A DNA stretch of 64,000 nt from Mobula hypostoma (Eukaryota), in NCBI RefSeq assembly GCF_963921235.1, contig NC_086106.1, positions 18,538,001-18,602,000 of the forward strand, written 5' to 3'. The stretch's first letter is position 1. The number at the start of each line of letters is the position of its first letter. The notes beneath the pieces are model-generated. The model was not told where the DNA came from. It did not search any database and saw only the letters and a program-made list of their open reading frames with translations. Both the position numbers and the translations under genes were made by a program. This document shows positions 23,436-35,560 of the stretch, piece by piece.

Positions 23436-23732
23436 TCTCGCACAGTAATAGGTGGCCGTGTTGTCCAGTCTCAGGTTGTTCATTTGCAGATAGACGGTGC
23501 TGCTGTCCTTGGAAACAGTGAACCGGCTCTGGACTCCAGGCGCGTAGTACTTGCTACCACCACTCGATATAGTCGCCACCCACTCCAGCCCTTTCCCGGA
23601 GACCTGTTTCACCCAGTGCATTCTATAGCTGCCGATGCTGAACCCACTGACCGCACAGGTCAGTCTGTGGGACTGTCCGGGCTTTACCATCCGCTGACTC
23701 GGGCTGTGTCAGCACGACGGCGGACCGCACGC
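23436..23732 (-). pseudogene. IgW: IgW VH exon with a +1 frameshift in FR1
   Basis: Acceptor TTGACAG at 23733. It reads [14 protein letters not shown], then one extra G (23691), then [85 protein letters not shown]. Cys22, Trp36 and Cys92 are intact. The leader frame reaches TAG shortly after the extra base. Confidence 0.85.
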
Positions 23733-23842
23733 CTGTCAATAAAAAAGAGCGGAAATTGACAAAAATGTTCCACGGTCAGAGGTTCACAAAGCCTCCGAGA
23801 AACAGCCGGTTCCGGTTGAGCGACAAGCGGCGGGACACCCAC

Positions 23843-23888
23843 CTGCCAGACAAGACAAGGGGAGACAGAAATAAGGAACGACCCCCAT
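23843..23888 (-). CDS. IgW: IgW VH leader exon (MGVVPYFCLPLSCLA-G)
   Basis: ATG at 23888, hydrophobic signal peptide, phase-1 donor GCAG|GTGGGT at 23842. A 110-bp intron leads to the V acceptor. Confidence 0.85.
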
Positions 23889-24719
23889 CGCCCTGAACAC
23901 TGAGCCAGACTTGGACACTTTGAGATCGGCGGCTTCAGCTCAGGCCGGCTTTGTCCGGAACCGCAGTGAGCGCTGTTTAGATAGGAACGTGGGCTGTGAG
24001 TGAGAGAGGGAGCCGCGGTTTGAACAGGCTCTCACACACTGAAACCAGAGGCGCAGCTTCCTGTCCCCACCCACAGCAGCGATTTCAATTCCCCAAAAGA
24101 TGTTTGTCGCTGCAACAGGCGGCAGGTCAGCGGCAGTGACCAGATCCGGATTAAAGATCTGTCACTCTCTGTTCGATTCATCAATTTCAACGATGAACAG
24201 TTTGTTTAAACTGAAACACACAGAATCCCAGCGAGAGAGAATGAGAGACACCAGTCAGTGGACAGATATCCCCCAGGAGACAGGGACTGAGAGACCAGTC
24301 AATGGACAGATATTCTCCTTAGAGACATAGTCTGAGACTGTCTTTGCAGGAAAATGTATGAAGCAACAAAAAGAGTTAACACACAATCTTCTCACTGCTC
24401 CCACACCACAAGAATCAATGTTAAACAGAGATTCCTGGTGGAAATGGGTGGAATTTACACTTATAAGGTATTTTCTCTTTCAGGGACCTGGCACCATGAA
24501 TTTCAGTGCCAAGCCCTCAGCAGTTCTCCCCACAAAATCTTTTTAACCTGTTTCAGTGTGATACTGGTTGAGGGATCAATGTCGGGACAGATAGTGGAGA
24601 ACTTTCCAAACCTTTTATGTCCACCTGACACAACAACCCCACCATGGCACCAGTCAAAATAGTGAAACTTTTTTTTACCCCCAAGAGGACCACAATCTTG
24701 TCAAAGAGTATCGTGGCTT

Positions 24720-26700
24720 GTGTGCCTCAGTGAACCAGAGATCTATGTTGGCTTACATCGGGGTCTTGTGCTTTAACTCTAGGTAGGGTCACCCATGCCA
24801 AAGATGTTAAAGGGTAGAGACCAAACAAAGAACGGTTCACCGTTCCTCCAGGTTTGGAGTTTCAGGTCAGGGTTAGTGAACCTGACTCTTCAAAAAGAAA
24901 ATTGCAATTGTTACGAGATGCTCCCAACCGTGTCAGCTTCCAGGATTTAGACTCTCCAACTCTCTGGAGCACAGATAGCTGGTAGCAGCCCCTTTAAGGT
25001 TGAGGATGATCCCGCTAATTGATAATCATGTTTTGGGCACCAAGAATTGAGTATGAAAGAACACCTGAACTGATGTTCAGTGCTCAATGGTAAACCCTAC
25101 TAGTGATATTGTCTAGCATTCGTTTTGTGCTCAGACCTGGATCCAGTTTGATAACGTGTCTCGATCTTTGTTTCAGATACTCCAGCATTTGGGTCCAAAG
25201 CATCTTCATCAAAGACTCTTGTCACAATTACGGAAACAGCAATGAAGAATCCTTCTACATCTGAGTGTGATAGTGTTCCCTAGTCACCACCCAGGACTTG
25301 CATGGCTGACAGGAGTGAAAACAGAGAGGAAGCTACGGGTATGGTGAAGGGAGCCATGAACTTTGCCAAGACCAAGACCAAAAATGTTTTTTGGAATTGT
25401 CGAACCATGTACAACACTGGCAAGCTTGCACAAATAACCATAGTAATGTGTCATTACAGCTAACGTACACTGGCATCAGTGAAAGCAGATGGATAGGGTC
25501 TGGCAGACTAAAGACAGCAGCTGGTGCAACAGTTTTATATTCAGGAAGGGAAGATGGTCAGCATCATGATGGAGTAGCTGTCATTTTGAAGAGAGGCATT
25601 GAGAAGTGCCCAGTGGAGTGAAAACCAATCAACAATTGGCTGGTGAGAGTCAGGCTGAGAGTGAAGCAAGTGAACATGACTGTGATCCGGTGTTATGCTC
25701 CAAATAACAATAGTGACATTGAAGAATAGGACATCTTCTACAAATGGTGGAGGTAGAGTTAACACCACACCATGACATAATCATCATCATTGGAGATCTA
25801 AATGGCAAAGTGGGAAATAACAACTCACATTTCATTAGGGCCATGGATACACAAGGATATAGGATGATCAATAACAATGGTGAAAGACTGGTGGAATTCT
25901 GTGCCATGAACAATCTGGTCACAGGAGGGACCCTCTTTCCACACCATGAAGTAAACAAACTGACATGGAGCTTACCCAATGGATGTGACAAGATTCAGAT
26001 TGACCATTTGATGATAAATGGTATGTGGAGACGATCCTTGCAGGGTGTAAAGGTGAAGAGAGGTGCAGATACAGGAAGTAATCACCACCTTGCTGTAGCA
26101 GTGATGAAACTCATGCTGAGAAGCACTGGGACCACAGCACGTGTACAAAGATGTTTTGATGTTGAGAAACTTAAGAACATCAGTGTGAGATCTGCCGTCA
26201 CCATTCAACTTAAGGAGGGATTTCTGACATTGGTGGGGATGTGTCAGTGGACAAGATCAACATGATGTGGAAACAGATTGCATCAGTGATCAACTAGATC
26301 AGCGAGGCTTGTCTACATTACAGAGCTGGAAAAAATAACAAAGCATGGATACAGCAGGAAACATGGACAGACTTAGAAGAAAGATGGAAAATTAGGAAGA
26401 AAATGTTCAATGCAAAGGTGAAACTTTAATTGGCATTCACTGAAGCTAGCAAGAAAGTGAAGAGCTTCTAAGAATGGATAAGAGAGTCTACATAGGAGAG
26501 CTTGCACTGGCGGCCACAAGAGCGCCAGTCGATGTGATCAGGAAAATATATACAAGATTTCAAAACTGGTATGTGGAATGTTCCAAGCCAGATCCAGTAG
26601 CCCCATGAGAGGTAAGAAGGGTCTGCTTTTGACAAGAGCATGGAGCACGATGGACAGGGTATTTCAGAAATTTACTGAGTAGACGCAGAGGACCTCTGGA
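24720..26700 (+). mobile_element. RTE-clade LINE 5' part (degenerate AP endonuclease)
   Basis: ESRWIGSG...VLYSGREDGQHHDGVA, YAP, IIIGDLNGKVG, QIDHL motifs. Confidence 0.85.
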
Positions 26701-27314
26701 AGGCCCCCTGTTCAGATTAAGTCAAGCCACATCTCCGACAGGAAGCTGAGAAGGAAATATCCCCGATATCACTGTCCAGTTTCACCCACCTGTCAAGAAT
26801 GAGAATATGAAATGTGTTTCTGGTAAATCAACAGCTGCACACAGAGATTCTGTTCAAATATATCCCGTGCACTGAGTGTCAGAAGGAGTTTGTTCAGCCC
26901 TTCCGTCTATTCCCTCCAAAGCTGACCTATGTCCGATCTCCATTTACCCTCCTTGGCTCATATTTTAATAATTGAACTCAAACAAAATTCTATTAATTTT
27001 GAAATTTCAACTGACACCTCCTCCCACGCCCCCCACCCCAGTCTTGACCAGTTCCCAGGAAGAGATCGAGATTTCCAGTGCCCTGTATATCCTGAAGTAA
27101 CAGATTCTTTGTGTTATTCTTCTGCACCATTCTTGAAAGTTTTTAAACTCCCCAATTACACTGGCCTTCAATTTTCCACACTTCAGGGAACAAGAGACCA
27201 GGCCTAATATTCTATCCTAGTCCCACTTGCACTTCACTGGCCCTCGTCTACACAATCCCTTCTCCAAGGGGTGATGACAAGAATCACAGCCAGTGCTTCA
27301 GATGTGGTCTAATT

Positions 27315-28545
27315 AGAACATAGAATACAGCACATTACAGGCCCTTCAGCCCACAATGTTGTGCCAACCCTTAAACCCTGCCTCCTATATAGCCCCCCAC
27401 CTTAAATTCCACCATACACCTGTCTAGTAGTCTCTTAAACTTCACGAATGTATCTGCCTCCACCACTGAATCAGGCAGTGCATTCCATGCACCAACCACT
27501 CTCTGAGTAAAAAGCCTTCCCCCTTGAACTTCCCACCCCTTACCTTAAAGCCATGTCCTCTTGTATGGAGCAGTGGTGCCCTGGGGAAGAGGCGCTGGCT
27601 ATCCACTCTATCTATTCCTCTTATTATCTTGTACACCTCTATCATGTCTCCGCTCATCCTCCTTCTCTCCAAAGAGTAAAGCCCTAGCTCCCTTAATCTC
27701 TGATCATATTGCATACTCTCTAAACCAGGCAGCATCCTGGTAAATCTCCTCTGTACCCTTTCCAATGCTTCCACATCCTTCCTATAGTGAAGCGACCAGT
27801 ACTCCAATTGTGGCCTAACCAGAGTTTTATAGAGCTGCATCATTACATCGCAACTCTTAAACTCTATCCCTCGACTTATGAAAGCTAACATCCTATAAGC
27901 TTTCTTAACAACCCTATCTACCTGTGAGGTGACTTTCAGGGATCTGTGGACATGTACCCCCAGATCCCTCTGCTCCTCCACACTACCAAGTATCCTGCCA
28001 TTTACTTTGTACTCTGCCTTGGAGTTCGTCCTTCCAAAGTGTACCACCTCACACTTCTCCGGGTTGAACTCCATCTGCCACTTCTCAGCCCACTTCTGCA
28101 TCCTATCAATGTCTCTCTGCAATCTTTGACAACCCTCTACACTATCTACAACACTACCAACCTTTCTGTCATCTGCAAACTTGCCAACCCACCCCTCTAC
28201 CCCCACATCCAGGTCGTTAATAAAAATCACGAAAAGTAGAGGTCCCAGAACAGATCCTTGTCGGACACCACGAGTCACAATCCTCCAATCTGAATGTACC
28301 CCCTCCACCACAACCCTCTGCCTTCTGCAGGCAAGCCAATTCTGAATCCACCTGGCCAAACTTCCCTGGATCCCATGCCTTCTGACTTCCTGAACAAGCC
28401 TACCGTGTGGAACCTTGTCAAATGCCTTACTAAAATCCATATAGATCACATCCCCTGCATTACCCTCATCTATATGCCTGGTCACCTCCCCAAAGAACTC
28501 CATCAGGATTGTTAGACGTGATCTGCCCTTCACAAAGCCATGAAA
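27315..28545 (-). mobile_element. Young CR1-type LINE 3' fragment (near-intact RT ORF 27442-28533)
   Basis: YMDFSKAFDKVPH, GV.QGSVLGP, KFADD motifs. Confidence 0.93.
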
Positions 28546-29479
28546 TCTCTACTCCACAGCAGTGTAATATCCACCCCTCTGTATCCCTGTTTTCCCCATT
28601 AATTGCAGCACATTGAGACCTTTAGCTTAAGTTCATCCTTAGGATTAATTAGAACCCAAACCTGCCAGTGGTCTCTCATCTTTCACATTCCCTCTCTGTC
28701 CGCTGGGATTGGTCATTCCCTAATGGAATCTGTGTCAGTCAGCTGACACAGCAGAAACAAGACCTGTCCAAACGACAACCTCTGTGACTGTGGGCAGTTT
28801 ACCTCCTTCTGTTTCTCACCACCCCTGAGTATTTTCATACGTACCTGCCTCAACCTAAAGAGAGTGGGAGAAGAACATGGTGAAGGAAAGGAAACTCAAT
28901 AGATTTTGTTTCTCTCCCGTGACTCTGGTAATACACAGAGTTAAATGAATCATACAGCACAGCAGCAGATTCAGACCAATTATTTCATGCCATTGTTTAT
29001 TTTCTGCAGGAACCTCCAGTCACTCCATCTTTGTGCATCTGGGTTAACTTGCTCTTCTGTTCCCTTTCACAACATTCACTTCTGTGGGAGAGATCTATAT
29101 TCTCCCATCCTCTGGATGAATAATCCAAGTTGAATGATTAGTGATTATTTACAATAGTTTTAATCCCCCTGAAGACTTTCTCCTCCACCCTATCAGGTAT
29201 TTTTCTCATCTGTGAGGTGGAAATATGCTTTACCCTTCAACCTTCTCATGACCCACCTTTCCAGGGTGTATATGAGCATCTAAACCTCTCACATATTACT
29301 AATGAGTCCAACAATGCCCCCTTTTTTCACAGGAAAGAGCCCAAAAGTCAAATCCAGTACATTCCAGCATCAAGGAGGCAGTGTCCCTGCTGGGAGAATT
29401 CCATGGGAGTGGGTAAAAGGAGAGTACAGATTGCTTTTTGTCCAAGTTGAAGCCTAGGTTTCATGCCTGCATTAACCTG

Positions 29480-30012
29480 GGTGAAACTTCATGAACCTTC
29501 AGTTCTGGTTGCTTCATTGTAAGGATGTGGTGGATTTGGAGACGGTGTAAAAGATGTTCACGAGCATGTTGTCTGGATTGGAGAATATTAGCTGTAAGGA
29601 GAGGTTGAACAATCTTTGACTGTTTATTCTGGAGCGTAGGCTGAGAGGCAACCTGATAGAGGCTTATAAAAGTATGAGAGTTATTGACAGGTTCGACAGA
29701 GTCATTTTTCCAGGTTAAAATGTCATTTCCAAAAGGACAGAGATTTAAGATGAGGGGTATAACATTCAAAGGAGATTTGTGGGTTGTATTTCTTACACAC
29801 AGAGTGATAGGTGCCTGGAATGCACTGGCAGGAGTGGTGGTGAATCAGCATGATAGTACAGTTGAGATACATTTGAAAAAACATGTGACTGTTCAGGATA
29901 TGGAGGGATATGGATTCTGTGCAGATAGTTCAGTTTAGATTAATTTGGCGTTGTGGTTGTCACAGTCATCATGGGCTGAAGGGCCTGTTCCTGTGCTGTA
30001 CTGTTCTGTGTT
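29480..30012 (+). mobile_element. CR1-type LINE 3' fragment
   Basis: Degenerate RT C-terminus and GGGCTGAAGGGCCTGTTCCTGTGCTGTA tail. Confidence 0.75.
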
Positions 30013-31494
30013 GTAGGTTTACTTGAAGCTCAGTAACATTTGTTATTAATAGCTGACAGATGTCTGAAACTCTGCGATAACATTAACACTCAGTCCTTAC
30101 ACTTCCTCTCAGGTTTCACAGGCAGGTTTAATTTGAGCAGGGGGCCCTCCCAGTGGAGCTGTGTTACTAAAAAGAATAAACACACTGCTTTACATATGGA
30201 AATACAATTCTAACATTGTGCTTTGCACCAGCCTACGTTTATCACACAGAATGAGACAAAATGAATCGAAACCGAAGGGCAAAATATGCAGAGACAGCAA
30301 GACCCTCTCTTCATTACAGAGCATTTGTCTCGCGTCAGAAACAGGCTCACTGTAATGATGATTGACTGTTACTGATTGATTTATTGATTATGTTATGGGA
30401 ATGAGCAGTTCAAATGTATGTACACCTGCACTTTATGTTCTGAAGCAGTTGGGAGACTCCCACCAACAACTGAAAGCGTGTTTGCTCAGACTGAGCACAG
30501 AAGTTCATCCTGATGACTGTAGTTCAGGTGATCAGTTAATTGTGAATTGGCAGCGATAAAGTGGAAAATAAAGAGAAACTAAAAGATGCCACGGACTGCC
30601 TTGTCAATGTTCCATCGATGGGCAGAATCCTGGTGTGGCATGCTGGAGCTGATGTTTGTTGATGAGAACGAAGGCTGCTCAGTGAATCAAGTTTAGACTG
30701 AAACAGCATCACAGACTGCAATCTCTGTGGGAGCTGGAGGGGCGGGGGGCGAGGTTATCAGTGGCCTGGAAACTCTCAGGCCCTGAAGATCAGGGATAAT
30801 CAACTTGCGCATTCAGAGAGAATCAACAATCTGCCATTGCAACATTGTCAGCTAATGAGGTCTGCAAGTATAGGTATCTACCAATCCTTTCTTTCTGACA
30901 TCTGGACAATAAAATGTGTAGTTTTATTCCTATAAGAGCCTTGGGCCAGTAGATTGCTATTTGATTTTTGTGTTTACCTTGAATAAAATAACATCACCTG
31001 AATTGGATTTGTGTCTCTTTAAACTCTGACTGATAGATCTCACAATACCTGCAAATAACTGTCCCGAGGAAGGTAGCATGATGGTACTACCTTATTATTT
31101 GGGGAATTTTGACCTTTCAGGTGTTGGACTGGACTGTATAATTGTTATTTGGCTTGTAGTTTAACTTTCTTATGTTTGTTTGTTTTTAAATAATTACCTA
31201 CATAGATGTAACAGTGGGTTGCCGTTCCCTGTGCATCTCCTGGAAACTCCCAATTTCAGTGGCAGGTATCACATTGCTCGAATAGGGACTATCTCACTGA
31301 TTAATTTAAGCAATGGGATTTGAATGGAATGTCTGCTACCACTATTCAACAGTCATAAGCAATGGGTTTTAATGCCCCTTCTTGACCTCTGAAGAACTCT
31401 TCATCAGGACATCAGGACCCAACACAAGTTTAAGTTTTGATCAACAAATCCATCAGACAGGCTGGGGAACCCAGCATTTGGGGCGGCATGGTAA

Positions 31495-31930
31495 TGGTGA
31501 AGTATGTAAAGGGTTAACATGGTCAGTTAAGCATAGCAGGCTGTTTTCTCTGAAAGAAACCATTGACTATTGACAGATGTGCTATTCAATGCTGATAAAT
31601 ATTTCTTCTTGAAGTTAGCCAGCTGGTGTTTCAGGGTCTTTGTCCCTGTGCAATTATGTGCAGAGACAAGACCAGCCTGTTCTGTGTATGAGCCATTATG
31701 CCTATTCTGTAATTTGTCTTTCGGGAATGTCATGTAGTAGATAAGTTTGGCTCCAGCCTGTCTTGTATGGGGGTATCTGAATGAATATACTCATGTTGTA
31801 AGGGGAATTGTGAGTTAGTTGGTGGACTGTTCCTGTTTGGGCGAATAACTGAATAAGCCCTGGGTGCTTTGAATAAAGAATTTGTACTTATACGGTCTCT
31901 GAGTGACTTTATCCAGATTCCACTTCCACA
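31495..31930 (+). mobile_element. Solo LTR inserted into the 5' end of a SINE
   Basis: TG...CA ends, internal AATAAA, flanks GTAA and GTAG. The SINE head GGGGCGGCATG-GTA-GTGTAGTGGTTAGC is split around it. Confidence 0.55.
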
Positions 31931-32215
31931 GTAGTGTAGTGGTTAGCAGAATGCTTTCCAGTGCAGGTGACCTGGGGTTCAATTCCTGTCACTGCCTGTA
32001 AGGAATTTGTAATTTCTCCCCGAGAATGTGTGGGTTTCCACCGGGTACTCCAGTTTCCTCTCACAGTCCAAAGACAAACTGGTTGGTACTTTAATTAGTC
32101 ATTGTAAATTGTCCTGTGATTAGACTAGGATTAAATCAGGATTCCTGGGCAGTGTGGCTCGAAGGGCCAGAAGGGCCTGTTCCATGCTTTATGTCAGTAA
32201 ATAAATGAATTAAAT
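31931..32215 (+). mobile_element. HE1/V-SINE-like tRNA-derived SINE
   Basis: GGGTTCAATTCC B box, V-domain-like GGGTTTCC..CGGGTACTCCAGTTTCCTC, CR1-type tail ending TAAATAAAT. Confidence 0.75.
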
Positions 32216-32849
32216 AATTTACATGGACTTTACTGACTTTTTGTCAGGAATTCATTCTAAAATGATTCCTGAGTTTCCTCTCACTCTCCTCCATATGGGA
32301 GTCCACTCTACTGTCAATTACTCTGTCTGAGGAGCTTCCTTAACGAAGTCCACAGATTCATTCTAATGAATTTAAACCTGCAGTACTGTCTTTCTCTTCC
32401 TCTTTAATTTAAATCTATCTTATGGATGTCATTTCCATTCACTTCACTCCTCCATCTCTCTAAGTCTGATGTCTCATTGAGCCAGTAAATTGTGGTGCAA
32501 ACCATTTCAACACATCATCCCATTGGACTGAGGCATTGCTTCCAGATTCCTCCTCTGACCAGACACTTCCTTACCTGCCATTCCCTCTCCTTCTATGACC
32601 TGACATCTGATTTATGCCCTGATGGGTCATCCCACACAGCAGTATCCAAAGAGGTGTACTTGTTGCTGGGGAGAATGGCTACAGCGGAACCTTGCAATGA
32701 CTGCTGAATCCCCTTACCTCTCCTGTTGGTCACCTACCTACTGTGTGAAGCCTGTACTCTGGGTGTGACCATCTCTGCAATAGTGTCATCTATAATGTCT
32801 TCAGCCTCCTGGATGATCCTGAGTACATCCAACTCCAGCTCCAGTGGAG

Positions 32850-35560
32850 TATTACACTGGGGTAAAGGGAATTACAGAGTCATGAGAGAGGAGTTAGCCA
32901 ACGTTGAATGGAAGGGGACACTAACAGAGATGATGGCAGAGGAACAATGGCAAGTATTCTGGAGGCAGGATGACATTCCATGGCTGACAAGGGAAATCAA
33001 AGACAACGTATAAACAAAAGAAAGGGCCTATAATAGAGCAACAACTAGTGGGGAGTTAGAGAATTGGGATGCTTTTCAAAACCAACAGAAGGGAACTAAA
33101 AAAGCAGTAAGTAGTGAAAACATGAAATATGAAGGTAAGCTAGCCAATAATATCAAAGGGGATACCAAAAGGTTTTTCAGATATATGAAGTGTAAAAGTG
33201 AGGTGAGAGTAGATATCGGACTGCTGGAAAATAACACTGGAGAGGTAGTAATGGGGGGACAAGGAAATGGCAGATGAACTGAATAGATATTTTCCATCAG
33301 TCTTCACAGTGGAACACGCTCACAGTTTGCCGGAGGTTTGAGAATGTCGCGGGGCATAAGGGGGAAGGTGCTTGGGAAGCTGAAAGGTCTGAAGGTAAAT
33401 CAGCCACCTGGACCAGATGGATTACACCCTAGATTTCTGAAAGAGGCAGCTGAAGAGATTGTGGAGATATTAACAATGATTTTTTGAGAATCACTAGATT
33501 CTGATATGGTTCTAGAGGACTGGAAAGTTGAAAATGTCATTCCACTCTTCAACAAGGGAAAGAGGCAGAAGAAAGCATATTATAGATCAGTTAGCCTGAC
33601 CTGAGTGACTGGGAAGAGGTTGGAGATGATTGTTGAGAATGAAGTTTCGGGGTCCTTGGAGTCACATGAGAATTAAACGGGAGGAGCAGATGGCAGCCCA
33701 GCGCAGCACGCGCAGCTCTCTGGTGAAATGATATCGTATTTGTGCACAATCCTGATTTGATGGAGACAGACATTGGAAGGCACAGAGGAACATATGGAGA
33801 AATTTCTGAAATGCTCAGTTCGCTGCCGCTGCTACTGTGCGATCGAGAATCTCCAGAGGGAATGCCCCAAAATCTCCGGCTTTGCCTGCTGCTGGTGACT
33901 GAGGCTGGGGTCGAAGCGTTCGGCAGAGATGGTGCTCGGCACTCGGTGTCGGAGGGCTGATCGGAGCTTGAAGTTTTTGGACGACTCGGACTGTGGTCAG
34001 GCATGGCAGGGAGAGTTTTCTTCCTTCTCCCGTCTGCGTGAGATGTGGGACTTTCGAGAGACTTTGAACTTTTTTACTGTGGCATGGCCTGTTCTTCATC
34101 AAGTTATGGTCTTGTTGCACTGTTGTAACTATATGTTAAAATTATGTGGTTTGTGTTAGTTTTTCAGTCTTGGTCTGTCCTGTGTTTCTGTGATATCACA
34201 CCGGAGGAATATTGTATCATTTCTTAATGCATGCATTACTAAATGACAATAAAAGAGGATTGCGTGCCCTCATGATCTAATCTAATCTAAATGGCCAAGT
34301 CAACATGGTTTCCTTCAGGGGAAATCTTGTTTGACAAACCCACTGGAATTCTTTAAGGAAATAACAAGCAGGATAGACAAAGGAGAGCTGGTGGATATTA
34401 TGTGCTTGGATTTTTAAAAAGCCTTTGACAAGGTGCCACACATGAGGATGCTTAGCAAGATAAGAGCCCATGGTATTATAGAAAAGATACTAGCGTGGAT
34501 AGAGCATTGGCTGAATGGCAGGAGGGAAAGAGCAGGAATAAAGGGAACCTTTTCTGATTGGCTGCCGGTGACTAATGGTGTTCCACAGGGGGTCAGTATT
34601 GGGGTCTTTTCAGAATTGGATGACAGAATTGATGGCTTTTTGGTCAAGTTTGCGGACAATATGAAGAAAGGTGCAGGGGCAGGTGTTGTTGAGGAAGCAG
34701 GTAGGCTGCAGAAGGACTTAGATTAGTGAATGGACAAACAAATGTCAGATGGAATATACTGTTGGGAAGTGTATAGTCATGCACCTTGGTAGAAGGAATA
34801 AAAGCGTAAACAATTTTTAAACGGGGAGAATACTCAAAAATCCAAGATGCAAAGGGACTTAGGAGTTCTCGTGCAGAATTCCCTGAAGTTTAAATTGTCG
34901 GTCAGTGGTGAGGAAAACAAATGCAATGTTACCATTCATTTCAGAGGACTAGAATATAAAAACAAGGATGTAATTCTGGGGTTTTATAAGGCATTGGTGT
35001 AGTCTCACTCGGAGAGTTGAGAGCAGCTTTGGGCCTCTTATCTAAGTAAGGATGTGTTGACATTGGACAGAGTTCAAAGGAGGTTCATGAAAATGACTCT
35101 GGGATTGAAAGGCTAATCATATTTTGAGCATTTGATCGCTCTGGGCCTGTACTTGCTGGAATTTAGAAGAATGAGGGGGATCTCATTGAAACCTATCGAA
35201 TGTTGAAAGGCCTAGGTAAGGATGCATGTGCAGAGAATGTTCCCTACGGTGGGGGAGTCTAGGACCAAAGGGCACAACTTCAGAATAGAGGGACGCCCTT
35301 TTAAAACAGAGATGAGGAACAATTTGTTTAGCCTAAGGGTGGTGAATCTGTAGAATTAGTTTTCACATGCAGTTATGGAGGCCAGGTCACTGACTGTATT
35401 TAAAATGGAAGTTGATAAATTCTGGAGAAGTCAGGGTGTGAAAGATTATGGGGAGAAGGTAAGAGAATGGGGTTGAGAGGGAAATGGATCAGCCATGCTC
35501 AAGCAGCGGAACAGACCCAATCAGTTGAATGGCCTAGTTCTCCTCCAATATCTTATGGTC
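32850..35560 (+). mobile_element. Long degenerate CR1-type LINE interrupted at about 33685-34290
   Basis: RT motifs DF.KAFDKVPH, GVPQG and FADN. The sequence resumes across the insertion. Confidence 0.85.
33685..34290 (+). mobile_element. Non-autonomous retroposon with a (CTAAT)n tail; sibling at 49435-50097
   Basis: Starts AGATGGCAGC...; highly similar to 49435-50097. Confidence 0.75.

Noticed and set aside
23067-23690. 207-aa ORF read as a complete V protein
   Set aside because: It starts at an internal ATG after the frameshift and runs through the RSS into intergenic DNA. Only the V part is meaningful.
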